Program-made: the position numbers and the translations under genes | DNA from: Patescibacteria group bacterium | Lineage (GTDB): Bacteria; Patescibacteriota; Minisyncoccia; Phycocordibacterales; EsbW-18 | Direction: 5' to 3' | Assembly: GCA_038064475.1 (NCBI GenBank) | Contig: JBBTTA010000001.1 | Coordinates: forward strand, 47,086-111,085 | DNA length: 64,000 bases | The notes under the pieces: generated by a model | What the model saw: only the letters and a program-made list of their open reading frames with translations | Told to the model about the DNA's origin: nothing | The model's database searches: none | Shown here: positions 19,886 through 28,990 of the stretch, one piece after another | How positions within the stretch are numbered: position 1 is the stretch's first letter | How the letters are laid out: every line of letters begins with the position of its first letter

Positions 19886-19958
19886 GGGTCTATTTTATCA
19901 TGCCTAGGTATGAGAAAACGCCGCGAAATTATTCGCGGCGTTCTTAGAGAAAAAATAC

Positions 19959-20306
19959 TCACCAGTCGATAATCGCTCCTCCTTCATAGCGAGGGAAGAA
20001 GGACCTGATTCGAAGCTGGAAGGCTTCCCCGCGACCTTCGATGAGGACATCCCCTGACTCACGGTAGTTTCGAGTGAAGCCCCACCAGATAAGTTCACCA
20101 TCGTATCCGAACTTGAAGTAGAGTCCCCACCAAGACCCCAGAGCATGTCCTCGGCCATCTCGGATCAAGGCGAAACGCTTACCGCCATTGAACCCGAGAC
20201 ACCAGACGTTCCGAGCCCTGCCGTCTGCAGAATACGGATTGATGCTGTGGGCGCCCACCAACTTGATGAACAACTCTGCGAGCTTCGTTCTCAGGCTCTT
20301 TTTCAT
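19959..20306 (-). CDS. hypothetical small protein (about 115 aa) in a GC-rich islet
   Basis: ORF 19959..20468 trimmed to MKKSLRT, because upstream codons overlap the nth 3' end. Trp/Gly-rich. No recognisable domain. Confidence 0.35.
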   Translation of the reverse strand: MKKSLRTKLAELFIKLVGAHSINPYSADGRARNVWCLGFNGGKRFALIRDGRGHALGSWWGLYFKFGYDGELIWWGFTRNYRESGDVLIEGRGEAFQLRIRSFFPRYEGGAIIDW

Positions 20307-20370
20307 CTTCTTCTCCTTTGTTGAACTACTTCTAATGAAGGAGCTTACGCTTCTAGGACAAAAAGTAAAG

Positions 20371-21045
20371 CTACGGCTTTGGCCAGTTTTTTGCTGCTTT
20401 TGGGTACACTTTTGAAAGCGGGTGCTGTGTACATTCGTGTTTCCGTGCTGAGCAAATTTGTCGGCCATATTCGATAATGCGATATGTGAATGTAAACCAT
20501 TCTTTCTGTGGCATAAGTTCCATAAGGTCGCGTTCGATTTTTACGGGGTCTACGTTATCTGTGAGTTTAAATTTTCGGGCGAAGCGTTTTACATGCGTAT
20601 CCACAGCAATTCCTTCGACAACGCCGTACGCATTTCCCAATACAACATTTGCAGTCTTCCGTGCAACACCTGGGAGTGTGAGTATCGCTTCCATTGTGTT
20701 TGGCACCACACCACCAAAGTCATCGTGTACTTTCTTTGCCGCAGCAAGAATGTTTTTTGTTTTGTTGTTGAAAAACCCTGTTTTATAGATATCTTTCGCA
20801 AACTCTTGAGGTTTTGCTTTAAGGTAGTGTGCAAGTGTTGGATATTTCTTAAAAAGCGCTGGCGTTACGTTGTTTACCGTCTTATCCGTACATTGTGCTG
20901 AAAGAATAACAGCAACAGTAAGTTCCCAAGGATTCGAGTATGTGAGAGCACATTTTGCAACGGGAAAAAGCTTTTTCAGTACATGATCAAGTTTCTTTAC
21001 ACGCTCTTTTCTTTTCTCAAATTTTGTATCTGTTTTCTTTTTCAC
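20371..21045 (-). CDS. nth: endonuclease III family DNA glycosylase (HhH-GPD); C-terminal FeS motif incomplete
   Basis: Helix-hairpin-helix motif LPGVARKTANVVL with a catalytic Asp region. C-terminus has only Cx6C, not the canonical Cx6Cx2Cx5C. Confidence 0.85.
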   Translation of the reverse strand: MKKKTDTKFEKRKERVKKLDHVLKKLFPVAKCALTYSNPWELTVAVILSAQCTDKTVNNVTPALFKKYPTLAHYLKAKPQEFAKDIYKTGFFNNKTKNILAAAKKVHDDFGGVVPNTMEAILTLPGVARKTANVVLGNAYGVVEGIAVDTHVKRFARKFKLTDNVDPVKIERDLMELMPQKEWFTFTYRIIEYGRQICSARKHECTQHPLSKVYPKAAKNWPKP

Positions 21046-21079
21046 TACGTCATCATACCAATTTCTTCGTATTCGATAT

Positions 21080-21150
21080 ATCGCTTATTCTCTAATTCGC
21101 ACGAATTAGAGAATAAGAAGAGCATGATTCTTGATTCTAGCTTCTTGATT
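21080..21150. repeat. palindrome (ctctaattcg/cgaattagag) followed by duplicated cttcttgattc motif; related to a segment inside trmD
   Basis: Direct observation. The same cttcttgattc x2 plus palindrome pattern occurs at 42730-42810. Confidence 0.6.
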
Positions 21151-21813
21151 CTATTTCACTTGTGGGCAACGCAACGCAACATATTCCAAAATGAGTTTGA
21201 GTGATGGTGAGCGGTCGTGAAGATATGCGCGGTAGTGTTCAAGGTCTTTGAGAAATTCCTGAATAGAGAGTGGATCTTTTGCGAATGTTTTTTGTAATAC
21301 AACCTCCAATGCATTCAAAAGCGCCAGTGCACCATCTTTATTCTTGTCTTCAACAAATGGTGTGATTTCTTTCATGCGCTCTCCAACACTCTGTGTGAGA
21401 AAGTTTTTTGCCTCTTGGATATACGGAATCATGAGAGCCCCTTCTTCTGTCTCAAATGTAGAAAGACGTGAACGTAATGTTGGCAACAGTGCGTGTCCGT
21501 GTTCTGTGAGCAAAAAGAAATGCGTGTCTGCTGTTGGTTCTTCAAACACTTTCAATAAAGCATTCTGGGCTTCATGCGTCATGTGTGAGAACTCGATAAT
21601 AAAAATTTTCTTCCCTCCCGCTACAGATTTTCGGAGCTGTCGTCCCACAAGCATGTGTGCGTCATCAACAAATACTGTTTCAACACTATGCACAAAAATA
21701 TCGGGATTGTTCTCGCGCACAATCCCCTCTTTTTCAAAAAGTGAAAACAGGAGTTCTTTCCGCGACGCTGTGTCGCCTGAAAGAATATATGCATGGTGAG
21801 AAAAAATGCTCAT
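21151..21813 (-). CDS. holB: DNA polymerase III delta-prime subunit (clamp-loader AAA+ like)
   Basis: AQNALLKVFEEP matches the classic AxNALLKTLEEP motif. SRL-like ...TLRSRLSTF. Start chosen at MSIFSHH. Confidence 0.75.
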   Translation of the reverse strand: MSIFSHHAYILSGDTASRKELLFSLFEKEGIVRENNPDIFVHSVETVFVDDAHMLVGRQLRKSVAGGKKIFIIEFSHMTHEAQNALLKVFEEPTADTHFFLLTEHGHALLPTLRSRLSTFETEEGALMIPYIQEAKNFLTQSVGERMKEITPFVEDKNKDGALALLNALEVVLQKTFAKDPLSIQEFLKDLEHYRAYLHDRSPSLKLILEYVALRCPQVK

Positions 21814-21814
21814 G

Positions 21815-22828
21815 TTATCGCTTTGCGATAATTGACTTCTTGTACGTATCAAGATGTTCAAGTGCGATACCCGTTCCCTTTGCGACACAGTAGAGTGCTT
21901 CGTTCGCAAGTTGTGCCTTCACACCTGTCGTACGGAAAATAAGTTCAGGAAAATTACGCAACTGTGACATGCCACCGGTCATGGTGATGCCGCGATCAAT
22001 AATGTCTGCAGCAAGTTCTGGCGGCGTCTCTTGAAATACATCTTTAATCGCACGAATCATTTCACGAAGTTCACGACGCATTGCTTTCACAATCTCATTT
22101 GTTTGAATTTCCATCTCGCGAGGAAGTCCAGATATCACATCGCGTCCTTTTACTTTTATTGAAAGTTCTTCTTCAACAGGGACTGCGGAGCCGATGTGAA
22201 TTTTTATTTCTTCTGCGGTGCGTTCACCAATAGAAAGGTTATAGTTTTTCTTGATGTAATCAATGATCGCTTGATCAACCTTGTTACCTGCAACCTTTAC
22301 CGACGTACACGTCACGATACCACCAAGTGAAATCACCGCGACATCCGTTGTTCCTCCTCCGATATCAACCACCATATGACCTTCTGGATCGTGAATTGGA
22401 ATTCCAGCGCCAATCGCCGCAAGAATTGGCTCTTTAATGACGTACGCCTGTTTTGCGCCAGCTTTTACAGCGGCTTCAACCACCGCACGTCGCTCAGTTG
22501 ATGTAACACCTGCAGGAACAGAAATGAGCACATCTGGTTTCCAAATATTCCATTTACCGAGTGCTTTATCGATGAAATAACGAAGCATCGCTTCCGTCAC
22601 ACGATAGTCGGCGATGACACCATCTTTAAGTGGTCGGTAGGCAATGATGTTGTCAGGAGTTTTTCCGACCATGCGTTTTGCCTCGATACCGACCGCAAGA
22701 ATTTTATTGTCTTCTTCGGACACCGTCACCACTGATGGCTCATTCAAAACAATGCCGCGGCCGGGCAAGTAGACGAGCACATTTGTCGTGCCGAGATCAA
22801 TACCGAGGTTTTTGGAGAAGAATGACAT
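21815..22828 (-). CDS. mreB: MreB-like actin homologue (second copy, not part of the mreBCD cluster)
   Basis: Contains GIDLGTTN and DIGGGTTD motifs. Length 337 aa. Confidence 0.9.
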   Translation of the reverse strand: MSFFSKNLGIDLGTTNVLVYLPGRGIVLNEPSVVTVSEEDNKILAVGIEAKRMVGKTPDNIIAYRPLKDGVIADYRVTEAMLRYFIDKALGKWNIWKPDVLISVPAGVTSTERRAVVEAAVKAGAKQAYVIKEPILAAIGAGIPIHDPEGHMVVDIGGGTTDVAVISLGGIVTCTSVKVAGNKVDQAIIDYIKKNYNLSIGERTAEEIKIHIGSAVPVEEELSIKVKGRDVISGLPREMEIQTNEIVKAMRRELREMIRAIKDVFQETPPELAADIIDRGITMTGGMSQLRNFPELIFRTTGVKAQLANEALYCVAKGTGIALEHLDTYKKSIIAKR

Positions 22829-22912
22829 GCGGACATATGCTACACACTTGCGGACGTTTTTACAAATGTGAACGCCCCGTATAGTACGGGGCGAGAGAGC
22901 AAAATCGGCAAT

Positions 22913-23197
22913 CTATTTCCATCCGTTGGACACATGTTTGATGTGTCCGACAAAATCAACCCCGTCGATCCTTCCTTCAACCGTAAGCGTTTCTAAAATC
23001 TCAGAACGATAGGACAAGGAGACCTTGAGATCCGGTGTGTTGATGGGTAGCCCGTGCTGAAGAAAGACCCCCTGCCAAGAAAGCTGTGGATTCTGACAGA
23101 GATCGTCAAACGCAGCACTAACTTTTTCATAAACCCTATCGTACCTACTCGGCAGAGCTGCCAGTTCGGCAAGACGAGCAACGTCGATGGATACCAT
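22913..23197 (-). CDS. hypothetical protein (94 aa)
   Basis: ORF only. GC-richer than flanks. Confidence 0.3.
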   Translation of the reverse strand: MVSIDVARLAELAALPSRYDRVYEKVSAAFDDLCQNPQLSWQGVFLQHGLPINTPDLKVSLSYRSEILETLTVEGRIDGVDFVGHIKHVSNGWK

Positions 23198-23294
23198 CTG
23201 TGTCTCCTTTTTTGAACTTGATCTTTCACAAGACTATCCTATTGAAAGATTTTAAGCAATGAAAAGGCGCCGTGGTGTAACTTCACCATGACGC

Positions 23295-23588
23295 CTATTG
23301 GGTCTCCTCGGTTGATTTCGGATGAACGATGTCCATCCTATACCCACCAAGAATGCCTTTCACTTGAACACGGGCAAGGACAGCTCGCGAGGGAAAGGTG
23401 AGCATGAAATGGAGACCAATCTCCAAATCTTTTGCGCCCAGCTTGTCCATCTCAAACTCTTCCTCAAACCATCTGAGCAAGAAGACGTTGTCCAATCGCG
23501 CATTGTCTCTTCCACAGAGAAGTGCGTCAATTACGTTTCGAACTCTCTGCTCGACTTCTTCTCGGGACAGATAGCCTAGACCAGCCAT
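23295..23588 (-). CDS. hypothetical protein (about 98 aa from MAGLGYLS); may be the 3' part of a frameshifted gene together with 23608-23955
   Basis: Two consecutive same-strand ORFs in different frames overlap at 23608-23729. Confidence 0.3.
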   Translation of the reverse strand: MAGLGYLSREEVEQRVRNVIDALLCGRDNARLDNVFLLRWFEEEFEMDKLGAKDLEIGLHFMLTFPSRAVLARVQVKGILGGYRMDIVHPKSTEETQ

Positions 23589-23607
23589 GGTGACACCTTC
23601 TTTCGTA

Positions 23608-23955
23608 TCAGCGGAACTCACCGGCTTCTTGTGGCGTTTCCGCTTGGTCCTTGAGAACATCTTCGAGAGAAGCAACCTCACGGACATAGAGCGGATGCCC
23701 GTTAAAGAGCCCCCACACCCAGATTCCAACGAGAATTGAGAGACCGCCTCGTTGTTCGTAGCGAAGTCCCACCCCAGGTCCTTCCGGAGCGAGTTCCGAA
23801 CTCAAAAATTCGATTCCATGCTTCTTTAGTGCCGTGCGGACTACAGCCTCGGTTTTGTCGGGCATCTCATGAAGTGGGCGCCTCATGGCAAGCACTTCCT
23901 TGAGAGCCGCTGAAGCCCCTCGCTCTGCTTCTTCTTTCGTCCCTTTTTTTCTCAT
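23608..23955 (-). CDS. hypothetical protein (115 aa)
   Basis: ORF only. Confidence 0.3.
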   Translation of the reverse strand: MRKKGTKEEAERGASAALKEVLAMRRPLHEMPDKTEAVVRTALKKHGIEFLSSELAPEGPGVGLRYEQRGGLSILVGIWVWGLFNGHPLYVREVASLEDVLKDQAETPQEAGEFR

Positions 23956-23990
23956 CGAACCCCCTTGTAGTTGAACTGCCCTGTGGGATA

Positions 23991-25304
23991 TTACACCTCC
24001 ACGCGCTCTATCGCAACGCCGATGTTGCGGAGTTTTTCTTCAAGATTTTCGTACCCGCGATCAATGTAGTGGATGTTGTGAATATGCGAAATGCCTTTTC
24101 CTACACACGCCGCAATAACGTATGCCAACCCTGCGCGGAGATCAGGGCTATAGAGTTCCCGTCCTGTGAGTTTTGTTGGTCCCTGAATAATTGCTTTGTG
24201 CGGATGCGCAAGCACAATCTGTGCCCCCATACGCGCGATGTCTTCGAGGTATCCCAATCGTCCTTCAAAAATAAACTCTTCGACTATTGATTCCCCTGTT
24301 GCCTGTGTTGCAAGAATTCCAAAAGGCGCCTGCATGTCTGTTGGAAAACCCGGATACTCATGTGTGCGAATTGAACATGGTTTCAGTTCAGTATTTGCCT
24401 GCGTGTTATTGCGAATATGAATTGTGTCTTTAGTCACCTCAATTGGCACACCACAATCCTCAAGCATTGCGAGGGGTAATCTCAAATCTTCAGGCGCACA
24501 GTTAGTAATCGTCAACTCATGCGCACACAACGCGCCTAGGATCGCAAAGCTCCCTGCTTCAATTCGATCAGGAATAATGCGATGTGGTTCTGTTCCAGAG
24601 TATGTAAGAGGTACTCCTCCCGTGCCTTTGATGTGAAGCGTTGGTGTACCAATGCCTTCAATATGTGCACCACTCTTTTTCAAAAATTCCGCAAGCCCAA
24701 CAATTTCAGGCTCCATCGCTGCGTTGTAGAGTGTTGAGTCGCCATGTGCGAGTACGGCCGCCATAAGAAGCGTCTCTGTTGCCGTAACACTCGGAATACG
24801 AAACAATATTTCTGCACCACGCAACCCTCCTTCGGGCGCAGTGATATGAAATTGTTCGCCGTCATCTGACACTGCAACTGTTGCTCCCATTTTCTCGTAG
24901 CCACTCAAAAAGATATCAATAGGTCGTTTTCCAATCACACAACCACCGGGTGGCGGAAATGTTACGGTTCCCGTTCGCGCAAGTATTGATCCCGTGAGGA
25001 TGATTGATGCACGAAAAAGTCCTGCTGTTTTTTTATCAATCACTGACGACGCAATATCACCTATCTGCATCCGAGCGACATCGAGATCACGCGTGACTGT
25101 TACGCCGGCGTTTTGCAGAAGTGACGTAATTTTTTCCATGTCACTTATCTTTGGCACATTTACAAATGACACATCACCTGAAAAAAGGAGCACAGACGCA
25201 AAGAGAGGCAACGCTTCATTCTTTGACCCCGATACGGAAATGAAGCCTCTGAGTTTCTTTTCCCCCGCAAGCCCTTCGATTTTGAACGCCTCAACCGATG
25301 CCAT
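23991..25304 (-). CDS. murA: UDP-N-acetylglucosamine 1-carboxyvinyltransferase
   Basis: EPSP-synthase fold. Starts MASVEAFKIEG...GSKNEALP. Length about 437 aa. Confidence 0.93.
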   Translation of the reverse strand: MASVEAFKIEGLAGEKKLRGFISVSGSKNEALPLFASVLLFSGDVSFVNVPKISDMEKITSLLQNAGVTVTRDLDVARMQIGDIASSVIDKKTAGLFRASIILTGSILARTGTVTFPPPGGCVIGKRPIDIFLSGYEKMGATVAVSDDGEQFHITAPEGGLRGAEILFRIPSVTATETLLMAAVLAHGDSTLYNAAMEPEIVGLAEFLKKSGAHIEGIGTPTLHIKGTGGVPLTYSGTEPHRIIPDRIEAGSFAILGALCAHELTITNCAPEDLRLPLAMLEDCGVPIEVTKDTIHIRNNTQANTELKPCSIRTHEYPGFPTDMQAPFGILATQATGESIVEEFIFEGRLGYLEDIARMGAQIVLAHPHKAIIQGPTKLTGRELYSPDLRAGLAYVIAACVGKGISHIHNIHYIDRGYENLEEKLRNIGVAIERVEV

Positions 25305-25441
25305 ATGAGCCCTAGTATACCTCACTTTTTCTTTCTAATTTATACCACTCTCAAACTGCTCCGGGCGTCACGTTTGAGAGTGATTTTTTAATGGCTGTTA
25401 TTTCCTACCATATATCACAAATTTCAAGATACACTGTACCT

Positions 25442-27343
25442 ATGCGTCTTCTGTCTGTCATGCCTCTTTCGAAAGCCTTCGGGGCCGACACTCTTTCGTA
25501 CTACACGACCAAGGATGTCGAGGTGGGAGCTATTGTCAAAATTCCCCTACGAAAAAAAACGCTCCCTGGACTTGTTATTGCCTCTGCGCCACTAAAAGAG
25601 GCAAAATCTGAAATCCGTTCCGCAGACTTTTCTGTCAAAAAAATAACAAGTGTTGTTACCGGTTCTTTTTTCTTACCTGAACTCATTGATGCCGCAAAAA
25701 ACACTGCGCACCTGCATGCAACACACACGGGAAATGTGCTTTCGGTAATCGCACCGAAAAGTATTCTTGAAAAAACTCCGACGTATGATCGTCCTAAAGC
25801 TCCCTCACGAACATCCGGAACAAAACCTTTGAAGCGAATCCTTCAAGCAGAGGCGAATGATCGCTACACACGTTACAAAAGTATGGTGCGCGAGTCTTTT
25901 GCACGAGGTCAATCCGTGTTCGTGCTCGCACCAAGCATTTTTCACGCAGAGACAGTCTTTGAGGTGCTTTCAAAAGGTATTGAGGAGCGTTCTGTCATGC
26001 TTTCAAGTACACTCACGCCAAAAACCCTTCGCGGCGCATGGGAAGAAGCCGTTACCTCAATCACCCCCGTTCTCATTGTTGCCACATATTCTTTCCTTTC
26101 TGTGCCACGTGCTGATATCGGCCTCTATATTGTTGAAAATGAGTCCTCACCGAACTACAAACTACGCGGTCGTCCACACCTCGATGTTCGTGTGCTTGTA
26201 GAGTGCATCGCCGAGAGCATGCATGCCGAGCTTGTCTATGGAGATACTTTCTTGACACTCGAAACACTTTACCGTCATGACGAGCATGAATTCGAAAGTA
26301 TTATGCACCCAAGCATGAAGAGAATGTTTCGAAGCACATGCGAAGTCATACATATGAAAAAAGGTCCTGATGACGAAGGAAAGTCGCCTGTCGTTCTTTC
26401 TGACACCGCAATTGAAGCACTCCGTGAAGCAAGTGGTCGTGGTGTACGAAGTTTTGTGTATGCTGTCCGTCGCGGTTTTGCACCGCTCACCATTTGCAAA
26501 GATTGTGGAAAAACACTTGCCTGTGATCGCTGCGACGCGCCTATGGTCTTGTATCAAAAAACAAATGAAAAAAACCATCGCTCATTCCATTGTCATCGCT
26601 GTGGCCGTATTCGTGACGCACATACGGTGTGTGACAACTGTGAAGGTTGGCGACTCGAGCCACTAGGGCTTGGTGTTGAACGTGTTGTTGAAGCACTCCG
26701 TAAAGCATTGCCCGATGTTCCCCTATTTGAAATTCATGGCGGCGTCGAGGAAATTGAAAAAGATGAAGAACACATAGCCCTTGCGTGGAAAGAGTCAAAA
26801 AACGGAATACTTATTGGAACTGAACGCGCATTACCCCATCTCGCCCGTACTGGCGCACACACGTCAGTTATTGCATCTATTGATTCCCTTTTTGCGCTCC
26901 CCGACTTTCGTATGAGTGAAAAGATATTTTCTCTGCTCTGTGATATTCGTTCACTCACCCGCACACAAACCCTCATCCAAACACGTTCTCCTGATGCACC
27001 TGTGCTCGCACATGTTGTGAGCGGCGATGGTTTGGCGTTTTATCGCAATGAATTAGAGCTTCGACAGACACACGGCTATCCGCCATACACTGCCGCAGTA
27101 AAAATCACCCGTATAGGAGCGCGTGATGCGATCACAAATGAGCTTGAGACTCTGGCAAAAGAATTCGCTCCGCGAAACACGGCGGTCTATCCCGCATTTA
27201 TTGGTTCAGTTAAAAACCAAGCGTCGGTGAACTTACTCATTACGATTCCCTATGGACGCTGGCCTGACCGAGATTTGTTGCTAAAGCTACTTACACTCTC
27301 GCCTGCCTACGACGTTGATGTTAATCCTCGAAGTTTCTTATAG
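25442..27343 (+). CDS. priA: primosomal protein N' (PriA) homologue with degenerate helicase motifs
   Basis: N-terminal 3'-DNA-binding domain. Cys-rich zinc-binding insertion CKDCGKTLACDRCDAPM...CHRCGR...CDNCEG. Motif II reads IVENESSPNYK instead of IVDEEHDSSYK. No GxGKT Walker A. Confidence 0.8.
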   Translation: MRLLSVMPLSKAFGADTLSYYTTKDVEVGAIVKIPLRKKTLPGLVIASAPLKEAKSEIRSADFSVKKITSVVTGSFFLPELIDAAKNTAHLHATHTGNVLSVIAPKSILEKTPTYDRPKAPSRTSGTKPLKRILQAEANDRYTRYKSMVRESFARGQSVFVLAPSIFHAETVFEVLSKGIEERSVMLSSTLTPKTLRGAWEEAVTSITPVLIVATYSFLSVPRADIGLYIVENESSPNYKLRGRPHLDVRVLVECIAESMHAELVYGDTFLTLETLYRHDEHEFESIMHPSMKRMFRSTCEVIHMKKGPDDEGKSPVVLSDTAIEALREASGRGVRSFVYAVRRGFAPLTICKDCGKTLACDRCDAPMVLYQKTNEKNHRSFHCHRCGRIRDAHTVCDNCEGWRLEPLGLGVERVVEALRKALPDVPLFEIHGGVEEIEKDEEHIALAWKESKNGILIGTERALPHLARTGAHTSVIASIDSLFALPDFRMSEKIFSLLCDIRSLTRTQTLIQTRSPDAPVLAHVVSGDGLAFYRNELELRQTHGYPPYTAAVKITRIGARDAITNELETLAKEFAPRNTAVYPAFIGSVKNQASVNLLITIPYGRWPDRDLLLKLLTLSPAYDVDVNPRSFL

Positions 27344-27360
27344 TGTGATAAAATCCCGCC

Positions 27361-27939
27361 ATGACTAAATTGGTAATTTTTGATATTGAGACACGAAACA
27401 TATTTGAGGACGTAGGAAAAAACGATCCTGCGCTTCTTGATATTTCTATTGTGGGTGCCTACGACTCTGAAACAGACACGTACAAAAGTTACTCTGTTGA
27501 AGAACTTCCACAATTGTGGCCACTTCTTGAAAAAGCAGACGCCCTTGTTGGATTCAATTCAGATCACTTCGATATTCCCCTTTTGAATAAATATTATCCG
27601 GGCAATCTCCTTTCAATCAAAAGTATCGACATCATGGTCGCCGTCAAAAACGCTCTCGGCCGACGACTCTCCCTTGGCAACATTATTTCCGCAACGCTTG
27701 GACTCGCAAAAAGCGCTGATGGTCTTCAAGCATACCAGTGGTGGAAAGAAGGAAAAATTCAAGAGATTCGCGATTACTGTCTTCAAGACGTAAAAGTGAC
27801 CAAAGATCTTTTTGAATATATTCAGAAAAACAAAAAGATTAAATACCGCGACGGTGTCGATATCAAAGAGCTCAAATTAGAAATTGGGGATTGGGAAATC
27901 ACCAACAAACCTTCGCTAACTCACACATTACCGTTCTAA
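27361..27939 (+). CDS. DEDDy-type 3'-5' exonuclease (DnaQ-like/RNase H fold)
   Basis: Exo I VIFDIET, Exo II GFNSDHFDIPLL, Exo III YCLQDVKVT. Confidence 0.7.
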   Translation: MTKLVIFDIETRNIFEDVGKNDPALLDISIVGAYDSETDTYKSYSVEELPQLWPLLEKADALVGFNSDHFDIPLLNKYYPGNLLSIKSIDIMVAVKNALGRRLSLGNIISATLGLAKSADGLQAYQWWKEGKIQEIRDYCLQDVKVTKDLFEYIQKNKKIKYRDGVDIKELKLEIGDWEITNKPSLTHTLPF

Positions 27940-27954
27940 TTCTTTTTTAAAAAC

Positions 27955-27982
27955 CACACAAAAACACTACTGTGTTTTTGTT
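27955..27982. terminator. bidirectional intrinsic terminator (aaaaacac-tac-gtgttttt)
   Basis: 8-bp stem flanked by an A-run and a T-run. Lies between convergent genes. Confidence 0.6.
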
Positions 27983-28054
27983 CCGTCCGTCATCGTTACT
28001 CCTCCCGAGGGTTTTTAAAAAAGAATTTTCACTTCCCCGCCAATTCAAATACAA

Positions 28055-28858
28055 CTAAGACAACACTCCTGTTGCAACAAGAAGTACGATTGCCGCTGCG
28101 AGTAAAATACGGTACCAAATAAAAATTGAGAAACTGTGACGCTTGAGATAGCTCACAAGGAAATGAATTGCCAAAAGTCCTGAAACAAACGCCGCAATGC
28201 AACCAACAACAAGTGCTGTCATGTCAGTTCCCCCTGTATTTGTTATTTTTAAAAGCGACATAAGGCCGCCTCCAAGTAAAACGGGAAAAGAAAGTACGAA
28301 TGCAAAACGTGTTGCCGCTTCTCGCGTGAGCCCCATAAGCATTCCTCCAGAAATTGTTGCCCCCGAACGCGAAATACCCGGCAAAAGCGCAAGCGCTTGA
28401 AACCATCCAATACGGAAGCCTTTTTGAACTGAAAGTCCGTGCTCCCCTGTGATTCTCTTTTCAGCGACGTACATAAGAAGCGTTCCTACACACAAACCAA
28501 TTGCGACAATGAGTGAGTGCCGAAAGACGCTATCAATCGTGTTTTCTAACAAAAGTCCAAGAACAACTGCAGGCAATGTCCCGATGATGATTGCGTATAA
28601 AAATATTCTATCTGCGTCCAAAACTTCCTTTCGAAATACAATTCCTATTGCGGTTTTGAGAAGTGTAGAAATGTCATTGCGGAAATAGATAAGCACGGCC
28701 AAAAGCGTTGCAAGGTGAAGGACTGCGTCAAAGGCTACATTCCCCTCTGCAGTGATATTAAAAATATCGCGAACGAGAATAAGATGCCCCGTCGATGACA
28801 CAGGCAAAAACTCAGTGAGTCCTTGGGTAATACCCAAAATGAGTGCATGAAAAACATC
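28055..28858 (-). CDS. uppP: undecaprenyl-diphosphatase
   Basis: BacA family. Starts MDVFHALILGITQGLTEFLPVSSTGH. Multi-TM. Confidence 0.9.
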   Translation of the reverse strand, partial: DVFHALILGITQGLTEFLPVSSTGHLILVRDIFNITAEGNVAFDAVLHLATLLAVLIYFRNDISTLLKTAIGIVFRKEVLDADRIFLYAIIIGTLPAVVLGLLLENTIDSVFRHSLIVAIGLCVGTLLMYVAEKRITGEHGLSVQKGFRIGWFQALALLPGISRSGATISGGMLMGLTREAATRFAFVLSFPVLLGGGLMSLLKITNTGGTDMTALVVGCIAAFVSGLLAIHFLVSYLKRHSFSIFIWYRILLAAAIVLLVATGVLS

Positions 28859-28990
28859 CATGTAGCTTGATCGTATCACGAAACCCCCACTTGGAGGCTT
28901 AGCCTCCAAGTGATAAGACACCGAGTGTCTTATCACATTGCGGAAGTCCTTAGTGCTGGGTATACTTTCGTATTACTTTTATCTATCGAT

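Noticed and set aside
25857-26201. Numerous 60-170-aa ORFs antisense to or overlapping large conserved genes, e.g. 39557-39958, 43257-43724, 44158-44484, 54298-54810.
   Set aside because: They lie entirely within well-supported genes on the opposite strand or in another frame. They have low-complexity or biased composition and no RBS, so they are spurious.
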